Source: Octopus sinensis (taxonomy: Eukaryota). From it: DNA of 64,000 bases. Position numbers and translations under genes: made by a program. The number at the start of each line of letters is the position of its first letter. Position 1 is the stretch's first letter. The notes below the pieces were generated by a model. It did no database searches. It was given only the letters and a program-made list of their open reading frames with translations, and was not told the origin of the DNA. The stretch lies in contig NC_043000.1 in assembly GCF_006345805.1 (NCBI RefSeq), forward strand, positions 65,968,001 through 66,032,000, written 5' to 3'. This document shows positions 1-11,545 of this stretch, piece by piece.

Positions 1-170
1 CGATCGAGTGAACAAACGAAAGAGACACTCGACATATTTAATAGGAGTTACACATATTTTTTATTAAAAAGTTTGATTCAGCCCTATGCAACAAGTTTCG
101 TAGGCGCGTTATGGGAGCCCACATACACACATACTTACTTACATACACACAGACACACACACACACACGA

Positions 171-211
<41 letters not shown>

Positions 212-483
212 CATACATACATATACACAGTGGTGTGTCTCTATACGAACATAATCCATTCGGGAGCCCTGTTCGTTACATCAGTAATTGAAATACATAT
301 ATAATTAGGGGTAATCCGTACCAAGCCACACTGAAACTCCACATGAAAGCATGAAATGATGTTTATATTTGCCGAGCCATCAATAACAAATACATAAATG
401 TATATACCAACTTCAGTAGCACCTGTTCAGAGAAAAGCTTTTAGTGCATTATAGCACGTGATATTGGCCCATCTTATGACAGT

Positions 484-685
484 GAGCTGGCAGAATCGTT
501 ACTGCGCCAGGCAAAATGCTTATCGGCATTTCGACCGTCTTTACGTTCCGAGTTCAAATTCCGCCAAGATCAACTTTACCTTCCGTGGTCGATAAAATAA
601 GTACCAGTTGAGCACTGGCGTCGATGTAATCGACTTAGCATCTCCCCTGCAATGATTGGCCTTGTACCAAAATTTGAAACTAATA
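484..685 (+). mobile_element. tRNA-derived SINE with MetaSINE-like core
   Basis: GAGCTGGCAGAATCGTTA...GAGTTCAAATTCC (B box)...GGTCGATAAAATAAGTACCAG; many related copies in the window. Confidence 0.8.
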
Positions 686-1368
686 TTAGCCCCGTGTGGT
701 TTCTTTTTTTTTTTTTTTTTTTTTGACATTCCGAGGAGGAAATTGTGAGTCTTATATGTCATTACATACATTAGTATAATCACGTGTTGCGGCCTCATTA
801 GTATTTCATTTCCTGGTGATAAAAAACAAGAAAGCAGTAGCATCTACTTCAGAAAACTGTCAGAAGTTATTGTCATCCATATATTTTTATCAATTTTGAA
901 GCCATTATCTATGCAAGGTGGAGAGGCATCTTTTGTATTTATGTACTAGACCCAAATTCTGACCTAATTGCTAGTATGACTAATTTCTCAGAGTGAACAA
1001 TGATAATAGACAATTCTGTTCTTCAAAGATTTCCTGTATTTTGCGCTATACTCGTGTATATAAAGTTAGACACGAATGACATAAAGTTAAAGAAAAAATC
1101 TAATGAGAATATCGCAAATTCCTCATCTATCATCAGTTCACTTACAAGACCCATGGAATATTTATCAGTGTCACAACAAATGAAACAAATGATGCAAGAA
1201 TCTAAATCTGGTCCGTTATCCTTGAACAGGGACTGATGTGCGTTTGGTCCTGTAGTCAGTACCTAACCTACCTGAGACTGATCTTATTTAAACTGGCTGG
1301 CTCCACTAGATAAATTCGGTGCACCGATGAACTCTGATTTCATCACTGTGTGTGTGTGCTTGCACGCA

Positions 1369-1423
<55 letters not shown>

Positions 1424-2201
1424 AAATAAGCGCCCTTAGAGAAAATCTTGCGTCGTTTTTCATTTTTGTTTCTTACTGCTTTTTATCACATGATTAGACA
1501 ACATCTGAATCACCAGTGGAAAATTTATATACAGATTTAATTCACTTAGAGAGGCAAACTAAGGAGACAGCACTTCTGTGGGCATCGACAATTATATTTT
1601 ATTATCAATACTAAACATGCTCTAAACGAACTGAATAAACAAATAAAACAAAACGTATTCTTCATCTGGAAAAGTAATCAGTATAGACTCTATGGTATAC
1701 CTGTTATGATAAACGTTCCAAACAAAGCGAATAACAAAGCTACAAAAAAAGATGGACCATATCGTTCCCATAGCATCGGGTAACTGGAATTTTTTACCAG
1801 CCTGTTCCGCCCCTCTCAGCCCAGGGTTTCGACTAGTTCGGTATAGAATCAAACAGTACTGTCAGTTCCAGCCAACTGTTTTATTGAAGTTAGTAATCCT
1901 AGTGACACCTATCAGAATATGGGTGTCGTTGGTTCTCCAGGAGCTCATCCATCTTCGACAGATTTTGTTGTTTGTTCCTGTTGAGTATCCACACACCCTC
2001 CTCATTGGCCGATCCCATTAGGGGTCCAATTTAATCACCAAGCAATCGACTGTAAATAGCTGGTACAATATAACATGGTTACCAGTAGTGGGGTTTCTAT
2101 CATCCTGTGATAGAATTAGTCCTAACCTGACCCTGAAAAAAACTACTCCCGAAATATATTCTTCACCTGCTCTTTAAGAATTTCCATTTATTCACTTCTA
2201 A

Positions 2202-2602
2202 CTTCTTTTATCTTTTACTTGTTCCATTTATTGAATTAAGGTCATGCTGGAGCACCGCCCTGAAGAGCCAAATCGAACTAATCGACCCCAGTATTTATTT
2301 ATTTAAGCCTGGTACTTATTCTACCGGTCACTTTTGCCGAACTGCTAAGTTTTGGAAAGGTAAACAAACCAACACTAATTGCCAAGTGGTGGTGGGAGAC
2401 AAACACAAATACACACACACGCACATATTTTGTCTATATATATGATGGGCTGCTTTCAGTTTCTGTCCATCAAATCCGCACGCAAGACTCTGGTCGACCT
2501 GGAAAAACTATAACAGAAGACACTTGCCAAGGAGTCGCGCAACGAGACTGAACCCAAGACCACATGGTTTAGAAGTAAGCTTCTTAATCCCACAGCCACG
2601 CC
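2202..2602 (-). mobile_element. tRNA-derived SINE with CORE-like CCTTGG(G)CAAGT domain
   Basis: Homologous to copies at 19.7-20.1, 35.5-36.1, 41.4-41.9, 50.7-51.1 and 60.3-60.7 kb. Confidence 0.8.
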
Positions 2603-2785
2603 TAAGCCTTTGGAATGATGACCTGCTGCTATCATATTCAAATAAACTCGCTTTTTTTCTTTGTTCTTCTGTAAATTACTGTTGTTTTAATTAAATGTGC
2701 CATTTTCCCAGTTACTAACATATGAACATATTAGTAATTTTTACCAGGAAAATACTAGTTAATTATTTCTTATCAAATAGAAGCC

Positions 2786-3230
2786 GAATCGTTAGCACGC
2801 GTGGCGAAATGTTTAGTGATATTTCGTCTGCCGTTGCGTTCTGAGTTCAAATTCTGCCGAAGTTAACTTTGCCTTTCATCTTTTCAGAGTCGATGAAATA
2901 AGCATCACTTACACACTAGGGGTCGATATAATCGACTAGCTCCCTTCCACCAAAATTTTCAAGGCCTTGCGCCTAGAGTAGAAATAATTATTTCTTACCA
3001 AATAAGGAGTGGAGAGATGGAAGAATCGTTAGACACTGGACAATGCCTAGCGATATTTAGTGTACTGCTCTACGTTCTGAGTTCAAATCATACCGAATAC
3101 GACTTCGCTTCTTACATTTTCAGAGATTGATAAAAAAAATAATGTAGCAGTCAAGTCCTTATTTTGATGGCATTGATTAAACCCTCCCTCAAATTGTTGG
3201 CCTTGAACCTAACTAAATCAGGAATCATTA
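2786..3230 (+). mobile_element. Two tandem MetaSINE-like copies (second degenerate)
   Basis: GAATCGTTAG...GTTCTGAGTTCAAAT repeated at ~2786 and ~3023. Confidence 0.7.
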
Positions 3231-3883
3231 TTTCTTACTAAATATAAAATACTATAATTTTTAAAATGTACTATTCATAATATTGATTTCAAATTTTGGC
3301 ACAAGGCCAGCAGGTTTGGGGGAGGGGTTAAGTCGATTAAATTGACCCAGTGTTCACGGCGGTATTTGAACTCGGAACGTAAAGACGGACGTAATGCCGA
3401 TAAGCGTTTTGCCGTGTGTGCTCACGATTCCATTAGCTCGCTGCTTTCGTAGTATTCGTAATATTGTATGTTTTAACTAAGATGTGTAATAGCAAGAGAC
3501 CCCCTCTTTCCGTTGTTTATATTTTCTCTCTTTAAAATACGGCTGCTATTATACTGTTCAATGATGACGCGAAATAATAGATAAATCTCCCTTAAATTAC
3601 ATCCTATTGTCTTAAAAAAACATAGGTTCACTGACACGATACACTATGACCGAATTAAAAATACCAGATGAGCAAGGTCAAAATATTTTTCGTTTCCTAT
3701 ATTATTTTGTTTTCGTTTTTTAACAATAAAACAACTAACTGTTCAGTCAGAGTTACATTTGGGCTTAGCAACAATAACCTACATTTTTGAGAAATTCCAA
3801 TCAAAACTTCAGTCCGTCTATTTGTGTGTGTGTGAGTGTGTGTGTGAGCGCGTGTTTATGGTTATTAGTTTTAAATAATTCAA

Positions 3884-4177
3884 GACGGCGAGCTAGCAGA
3901 ATCGTTAGCACGCCGGGTGAAATGCTTAGCGGTGTTTCGTCTGCCGTTACGTTCTGAGTTCAAATTCCGCCGAGGTCGACTTTGCCTTTCATCCTTTCGG
4001 GGTCGATAAATTAAGTACCAGTTACGCATTGGGGTCGATATAATCGACTTAATCCGTTTGTCTGTCCTTGTTTGTCCTCTCTGTGATTAGCCCCTTGTGG
4101 GTAGTAAAGAAATAGGTACTTCGTCTGCCGTTACGTTCTGAGTTCAAATTCCGCCGAGGTCGACTTTGCCTTTCATC
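3884..4177 (+). mobile_element. MetaSINE-like copy plus the 5' part of a tandem unit interrupted by the LTR element
   Basis: The SINE core ...GACTTTGCCTTTCATC breaks at 4177 and resumes CTTTCGGGGTCGAT at 9229. Confidence 0.9.
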
Positions 4178-4594
4178 TGTAACGTGAAAGGATCTATCAT
4201 CGAAGCACTGGCAGGGTGTCGAGATCCTTTCTAGTCACATACAAAAATTCTTGTAGAAAACAAACAGACGAAACTCAGGTTAAAGGTGAACAGACAACTT
4301 GGTTTATTGATTCATGGTTGTACGTTGTCTGATGGGGGAATAGACAGCCTCTGATATACTGCTGGTGTTGGTCGTTGAGGTTGGTTGAAGTTGGTTGAAG
4401 TTGGTTGTGGCTGTCAGAGCCAGGAAAACCGTGACCGATCGCAGTGCTGTCTTGAGCCGAAGAGAGAGATTTGAGGTTCGCGGGCTCGAGAGATGTTTTC
4501 CCGCACATGCGCATGGGGAAGACTTCCGGTGGCCACCCGGAAGTAGTCCCATTCTGCGCATGCGCGCCGAACCCTACACTGTAGCATCACTACA
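4178..4594 (-). repeat. 3' LTR (417 bp)
   Basis: Direct repeat of 8807-9224; preceded on the minus strand by the polypurine tract; AATAAA on the minus strand at ~4303-4308. Confidence 0.97.
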
Positions 4595-4606
4595 GGGCTC
4601 CCCTCC
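4595..4606 (-). other. Polypurine tract
   Basis: GGAGGGGAGCCC immediately before the TGTA of the 3' LTR on the minus strand. Confidence 0.85.
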
Positions 4607-4719
4607 GAGTGCGAAGTACGGCAACCAGAATATTGTGGTGGTGCTGCAGAAAACAGAAGGCTTGCCGATCCCCCAGAAGACTTGGTACATACTATTATAC
4701 AATAAGAAACATTTTAAAG

Positions 4720-7700
4720 TTAAATGTAAATTGTTTTTGAAAGTTTCTTGGGCCAATGCACTGTTCTGCCCGATTTTGTAACATACGGTGTGCTCGGGGC
4801 ACCCGTTGACGGCGAGGGTGGTGTTGTAGGAGCCGGTGAAGGTGTTTTGTGCAGGTGAAGGCGTTTGTGCAGGTGAAGGCGTTTGTGCAGGTGAAGGCGT
4901 TGTTAAAGGTGCATAGGTGGGTGTGTCAAGGTTGTCATCAAAAGATGAAGACGTCTCAAAATGTGCCTTTTTTAAACGGTCCACGGAAACGGTCTCCGAA
5001 CGACCATTTATCTCAATCGTGAAAACCTTTGGTGTGCGAGAAAGCACACGAAAAGGTCCTTTATAGGGAGAAACAAGTGGGCCCTTCACAGAATCGTCCC
5101 GAACAAAAACATGCGACCAGGTGTTCATATCCGGTGGAAGATGGGACGGTGGAGATTGCTTTCTGGGAAGCATGGGCGGAAGGTTTGAAAAATATTCCCG
5201 CAGTCTGGTGACATAGGTCGCCGGATCATGGGGCGGGGAAGTGTCTGGCACCAACATCGTACCGGGCAATGCCAGTGTGGTACCATACAGCAGCTCTGCA
5301 GCAGAAAACCCCAGGTCTGCCTTGACAGCAGTCCGACAGCCGAGAAGCACAATGGGCAGAAATTCGATCCAGGACTGTGGGTCCGAAGAGGCACGAAGAG
5401 CGGCCTTGAGCTGTCTATGGAACCGCTCAACCAATCCATTAGACGCTGGATGGTAGCTTGTGGTGTGGATATGGTGCATACCCAAAATTCGCGACAATTC
5501 GCGAAATAGCGAGGCCTCAAACTGTCGTCCACGATCAGTTGTCAATCGGGACGGGACTCCGAAGCGAGAAATCCAGTTTGAAACGAAAGCTCGCGCAACA
5601 GTCTCAGCAGAAATGTCTGCTATCGGAATGGCTTCTGGCCAGCGGGAGAAACGATCGACACAAGTTAATAGATAAGAGAACCCGCGACTCACAGGCCATG
5701 GTCCAACCAGATCGATGTGGACATGGCGAAAACGGGCCTCCGTGGGGGGAAATTGTCCAAGCGGGGCACGAACGTGCCGTTGAATCTTGGATCGTTGACA
5801 CTTGGAGCAGGTGCGTGTCCAACAAGTAATTGTGCGACGCATATTCGGCCAGAAAAACCGAGCAGTGATTAGTTTGAGGGTGGCAGCGATGCCAGGATGT
5901 GATAAGGAGTGCAGTGCTTCAACACTGAGCGTTGATGGGTCTCAGGCACCAGTGGCCTGGGAGATCCAGTTGAAGTGTCACAAAGAATGGTGCCTTCGGC
6001 TGACGGAAGCGGAAGGTAGGAAAACTGGCAACAGGAGAACTTGGGAGAAGTTAAATCTAACGACGCCAAAGGTGGCTGCTCCTGCGATATGGCAGCTAAG
6101 TCGATAGCAGCAGGAGACGAAAGGGCGCAAACTGGAAGGCGAGAGAGAGCGTCAGCAGGAACGTTCTCTTTTCCAGGTATGTGTCGAATGTTGCTAGTAA
6201 ATTGAGAGATAAAATCCAGGTGCCGAAAAGCACGGGGTGAGAGTTTGTCCGTTTTTGAAAACAGGGCAAACGTAAGGGGCTTGTGATCCGTATAGATCAC
6301 AAAATCTCGCCCTTCAAGTTGATGCTGGAAATGACGAACCGATAGATAGATCGCTAGGAGCTCACGATCAAAGGTGCTGTATCGTCGTTCAGCTGGTTGC
6401 AGTTGACGGGAAAAGAAGGCTAGAGGTCGAACATGGTCATCCACTGTGTGTTGTAACACAGCGCCAATCGCAGTGTCCGATGCGTCCACAGTCAAAGAGA
6501 GAGAAGCACCAGGAACTGGATGTGCAAGCAAAGAAACAGAAGCCAGCTCCTTCTTAATGGACTCAAAGGCTGTCACTGCCTCAACAGAGAGGGTGACTTG
6601 ACTGTCCTTTCTAGGAGAGTCCTTTAACAGCCTGGTGAGAGGTAGCAGCTTATCTGCACAACCGGAATGAAGCGTCGGTAGAAATTGACCATCCCTAGAT
6701 AATGCCTGAGCTGGCGCAAGGAAGTGGGGGTTGCGATGCGTTGAATGGCATCGACTTTTGACGAGAGGGGGCTGATTCCAGTCGAATCAATATGATGCCC
6801 TAGAAAATCTAGGGAAGAGCGTCCGAAAACACACTTGTCGGGGTTTATGCGTATGCTATACGCGCGAAGACGCTGGAAGAGTTGAGAAAGGTGCCGGAGA
6901 TGATTTTCTCGTGTGTCGCTCGCAATGAGTATGTCATCGACATAGGCAAACACAAAATCATCAAGACCGCGAACAACCTCATCAATGAAACGCTGGAAGG
7001 TGCTAGTAGCATTCCGCAAACCGAAACTCATGTACAAAAACTCAAAACACCCAAACGGGGTAGTGATTGCAGTTTTTGGAACGTCGGCTGGGTTGACCGG
7101 TATTTGGTGGTAAGCGCGTATCAGATCGACCTTCGAAAAAATGGTACAACCATGGAGATTTGCTGTAAAGTCCCGGAGATTTCTAATCGGATAGCGATCG
7201 GCTATTGTGACGGCATTGAGGCGTCGATAGTCTCCAACCGGGCGAAAATCAGACTCGCCCTTTCGCGCCAAATGAAGGGAGATGCCCATGGGCTGGTGGA
7301 GGGGCGTATAATGCCAAGTTGAAGCATGTGCTCAAACTCGGCTCTGGCCGTTTTAAGTCGGTCTGGCGCTAGGCGCCGGGGGCGTGAGAATACAGGTGGC
7401 CCATTGGTGGTGATGAAATGGAGGGTCGAGTGGGTAGGATTTTCCGGTTTAAAGGCAATGTCCACTAGCTCCGGAAATGAAACCAAAAGAGAGTGAAAGG
7501 GTCTCCAGAGGTGGCAAAAAGAATGTCGGGCTAAGGACCGCAGTGGTGGAACTCCCAGTCGGTGTAGAGAGCGACGTCGTGCTATCAAGAAGCCTCCGAC
7601 GCCTGACATCCACCAATAGGTTAAACCTATCCAGGAAATCAGCGCCGAGAATAGGATGTGGGATGTCAGCGATGACGAAAACCCATCGAAAGTCTCGGCG

Positions 7701-7950
7701 AAGGTTGAGGTTGAGGCGCAGCGAAATCTGACCGTAAGTGGTTATGGGAGACGAGTCAATAGCATGCAAGACAATCGAAGAGCGCTTCGGCTTGTCTGCA
7801 GCCAGACGAAGGGGCCAGATGCTGCAACAGGAACCGGTGTCTACCATGAAGAATGTCTTCGACACCAGATCTTTTACATAGAATGCACGATGTTTGGGAA
7901 ACGAGATGGAAGAAGGTGACGTGCTCACCTCCTCCGGATTTAGTTTTCCG
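4720..7950 (-). CDS. pol: Pol polyprotein (protease, RT, RNase H, integrase) split by several 1-bp indels
   Basis: Protease FMVDTGS...ILGADFL; [28 protein letters not shown]; RNase H VDASD...DRELLA...TDHKPL...ADALSR; integrase [29 protein letters not shown]; terminal [12 protein letters not shown]...IYI* in a shifted frame (stop 4720-4722). Confidence 0.95.
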
Positions 7951-8424
7951 AGGGCTTGAAAGTGCACGGCTGGGTACACCGATCTGCCCTTTTGGTAGAG
8001 CGACTACGACTGCGTTGTCGGCGCTCGATCGCACGGGATAGATCGTCGATTCGCCGCGTGAGCGCATCAATCCGCTCGGCTAGTGAAATTTGCGCAGGGC
8101 CCCCTATACATGCACAGAGGCCTCGCGATGGAGATGGATTCGGAAATTCCAGTATTCCATCGGCCATCGTGGCAATCTGAATATTGCTCTCCCCGAACGT
8201 GTGTTGCGGCGGAGGATTTCTGCTTTCACAGACGCGTATGTGGCATCCGGGTGGGGACTTATTATTAGATCCCTGATCGATGCGGCGAGTCGGGGATGTA
8301 AGCCGGAATATAGCAGGTGCAACTGCTGCTGCTGTGGAGAAATGGCATGTGCATCAAAATACCACTCCACTTGGGCAAACCACAGGCCCATATCCCCCGT
8401 AAATGAAGGCAAACCTGAAGCCAT
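7940..8424 (-). CDS. gag: Gag (CsRN1-like, short; one frameshift near 8190)
   Basis: LPSFTGDMGLWFAQVEWYF...YASVKAEILRR, then IATMADGILE...RSRSRS...RCTQPC, ending PSEN* and overlapping the pol frame. Confidence 0.8.
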
Positions 8425-8794
8425 GCCTTTGTCGGAAGGAATCTGTGAGAAGGGGGCAGAAGGTATGGTCTAGAAGTGGAGAGAGAACACGTGGAACCGA
8501 GAAGGCAATTCAAAATTGTGTTTGTGTGTGCACCTCGTGGGTAGCAAAAAAAAGGAATAAGTGTGTACAAGGAAAACAAAATACAGAAAAGGAAAAAAAA
8601 TGAATGTGTGTGTGTTTTCTTTTTTCTTTGTTTTTTTTTTTTTTTTGTACTGTGTGCGATGAATAAGGCTATTTGACCCACCTCGCCGTGCTGAAAAGGA
8701 GAAAATAGGAAAATAAATGTGAATTTCCGCGCTCTTCGGCCCCAAAAAAACCTGTTCGCTGTGTCTTTTTCTATCCTGTTCTTTTTCTCAACTA

Positions 8795-8804
8795 GGGGTC
8801 ACCA
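8795..8804 (-). other. Primer binding site complementary to the tRNA-Trp 3' end
   Basis: TGGTGACCCC 2 nt downstream of the 5' LTR; complementary to ...GGGGUCACCA of eukaryotic tRNA-Trp, the primer used by CsRN1-lineage elements. Confidence 0.85.
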
Positions 8805-8806
8805 AT

Positions 8807-9224
8807 TGTAACGTGAAAGGATCTATCATCGAAGCACTGGCAGGGTGTCGAGATCCTTTCTAGTCACATACAAAAATTCTTGTAGAAAACAAACAGACGA
8901 AACTCAGGTTAAAGGTGAACAGACAACTTGGTTTATTGATTCATGGTTGTACGTTGTCTGATGGGGGAATAGACAGCCTCTGATATACTGCTGGTGTTGG
9001 TCGTTGAGGTTGGTTGAAGTTGGTTGAAGTTGGTGTGTGGCTGTCAGAGCCAGGAAAACCGTGACCGATCGCAGTGCTGTCTTGAGCCGAAGAGAGAGAT
9101 TTGAGGTTCGCGGGCTCGAGAGATGTTTTCCCGCACATGCGCATGGGGAAGACTTCCGGTGGCCACCCGGAAGTAGTCCCATTCTGCGCATGCGCGCCGA
9201 ACCCTACACTGTAGCATCACTACA
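8807..9224 (-). repeat. 5' LTR (418 bp)
   Basis: Matches 4178-4594 except one 1-bp indel seen by eye (ttggttgtgg vs ttggtgtgtgg); adjacent to the PBS. Confidence 0.97.
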
Positions 9225-9228
9225 CATC

Positions 9229-9889
9229 CTTTCGGGGTCGATTAAATAAGTACCAGTTACGCACTGGGGTCGATATACTCGACTTAATCCGTTTGTCTAT
9301 CCTTGTTTGTCCCCTCTGTGTTTAGCCCCTTGTGGGTAGTAAAGAAATAGGCATTTCTTTCGGTTTTACGTTCTGAGTTCAAATGCTACCGACGTCGACA
9401 TTTCCTTTCAACCTTTCGGAGTCGATTAAATAAGTACCACCAAAGCACTGAGGTTAATGTAATTGATTAACCTTCTATCCCCAAAAGTTCAGGTTTTGTG
9501 CCTATAGTAGAAAGGATTATTTGAAAGCGATTCTAAGAATAATAATAGAGCATTTACCGATAGCAAGACGCCATACTAAAAGCCACAATTATAATAAAAT
9601 TCGTTTTAATAGGAACTTTAATTTTCGACTGATGGTTTATGTAATCAACCATTGATCGGCAAACTGGCAGAATCTTTAGCACGCCGGGCGAAATACGTAG
9701 CCGTATTTCGTCTGCCGTTACGTTCTGAGTTCAAATTCCGCCGAGGTCGACTTTGCCTTTCATCCTTTCGGGGTCGATAAATTAAGTACCAGTTACGCAC
9801 TGGGGTCGATGTAAACGACTTAATCCGTTTGTCTGTCCTTATTTGTCCTCTCTATGTTTAGCCCCTTGTGGGTAGTAAAGAAATAAGAT
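9229..9889 (+). mobile_element. Remainder of the interrupted SINE, a further tandem unit (9351-9520) and a full copy (9657-9889)
   Basis: Repeated GTTCTGAGTTCAAAT / CCTTTCGGRGTCGAT / AAGTACCA blocks. Confidence 0.85.
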
Positions 9890-10203
9890 AATACTGAAAA
9901 TTCTAAATAAAAAGAGTTTTTTTTTATTTCATTGGGAGCGAAAAAACCCGGAATAAACAAAGGTAAAATATAGGTAAAGAGAGGAGAATGGGTGGAGAAA
10001 CAAAACAAAGAATATATATATATACAGAGAGAAAGAGGGAAGAGAGAGATAAAGATAGATATGACCGGTTTATGGGATTACCCTTGATTTCACGTCCATA
10101 AAGCGCTTAGCTTTACAGCATTTCTTCAGACCCTAAACCCGTTATAATCTACTGCTCTATAACTTAGAATGCGCTTCTCTTTCGGATTTATGATTTATTC
10201 ACC

Positions 10204-10259
<56 letters not shown>

Positions 10260-11229
10260 ATAAACATAAAATATCCCACCGAACTTAAATTTAGACAAAT
10301 CGTAGCAGGCCCGAACTCTTAAACACACGGACTGAGCAACTTTTTAGATATATTACTGAAACCTATTTTAAAATACATGCCAAGTCTTGTGAGGGACGAC
10401 CTGGACCTGTTAAATTACCTTCCAAAATCCATAAACAATGATACCACTATTGTATCTTTTGATGTGGTAAACCTATATATCACAATCCCACACCAATATG
10501 GACTAGAGGCAATAAATTTCTGGCTTGAAAAGTTCCCTCATGAAATTGTGGACAGTATTGAAAAGAGTTTCATCACTGAAGGATTAAAGTTTATCCTCTA
10601 AAATAACTTTTTTGACTTCAATGGAAATATCTAAAATCAAATATCTGGGACTGGGATGTGAACAAAAGTTGCTCCGACGTACACTAATCTATCCATGGCA
10701 TACATGGAGGTTCAGGTATATGAACAATCTAAATTAATATATGGCTTGAACTTCTACAAACATCTACTAGAAAACTGGAAACGTTACTTAGATGACTGCT
10801 TTATCCTATGGACGAACACATTTAAACAACTTATAGATTTCAAAAATCTAATCAACAGTATAAACAATAATATTAACTTTACCATGGAATACAGTAAAAC
10901 TCAACTACCATTCCTGGATATACTAATCATCAAAAGAGATAAGATCATTCAAACAGATATTCACTACAAACAAACAGATTCTAAACAATACTTACTATTC
11001 TCCTCATGCCATCCCAAACACACGAAGTATAATAGCCCCTTTAATCTAGCAAGAAGAATCTGCACAATTGTCTCAAAGCCTGAAACTCGCAATAAAAGAC
11101 TCCAGGAACTAAAACAAGTACTACTTTAAAGACAATATCCATTTATGCTAATAGACAACGAAATGGAACGTGTCGAGGCGAAAAACGCTCCAGATACATC
11201 CAATAATTTACCTTTTATTACAACACACA

Positions 11230-11545
11230 GGAGTACTCCGTCGGTTACGACGACGAGGGTCCCAGCTGATACGATCAACGGAACAGCTTGCTTGTGAAAT
11301 TAACGTGCAAGTGGCTGAGCACTCCACAGACACGTGTACCCTTAACGTAGTTCTCGGGGAGATTCAGCTTGACACACAGTATGACAAAGCCGGCCCTTTG
11401 AAATACAGGTACTACTCATTTTGCCAGCTGAGTGCAACGTGAAATAAAGTGTCTTGCTGAAGGGCACAACGCGTGGCCGGGAATTTAACTCATGACCTTA
11501 CGATTGTGAGCTGAATGCTCTAACCACTATGCCACGCGCCTTCAC
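11230..11545 (-). mobile_element. tRNA-derived SINE (V-domain-like) inserted in PLE1
   Basis: Minus-strand head GGCGCGTGGCATAGTGGTTAGAGC...GAGTTAAATTCCC and core GTGCCCTTCAGCAAGACACTT; 10-bp TSD acaacacaca/acaactcaca (11220-11229, 11546-11555); removing it restores PFITTHNPRN. Confidence 0.88.

Larger units (their letters stand above)
4178..9224 (-). mobile_element. Full-length Ty3/Gypsy LTR retrotransposon, CsRN1/Kabuki-like lineage
   Basis: Two near-identical TGT...ACA LTRs (4178-4594, 8807-9224); 4-bp TSD CATC (4174-4177, 9225-9228); PBS and PPT present; gag then PR-RT-RH-INT order on the minus strand. Confidence 0.97.

Noticed and set aside
4574-4850. Extended C-terminus of the 422-aa integrase ORF reading into the LTR (possible env or chromodomain)
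   Set aside because: Caused by an extra base at ~4846; the corrected frame ends with the typical TKSGRTV motif at 4720. The 18-bp x3 repeat (TPSPAQ) is only a low-complexity linker
10060-10100. Minus-strand GGGUAAUCCC-AUAAA-CCGGUC as another hammerhead
   Set aside because: The stem III palindrome is present but both core strands are too degraded to call
11480-11545. tRNA-like sequences at SINE heads as tRNA genes
   Set aside because: A and B boxes continue into SINE bodies, one with a TSD; no complete cloverleaf
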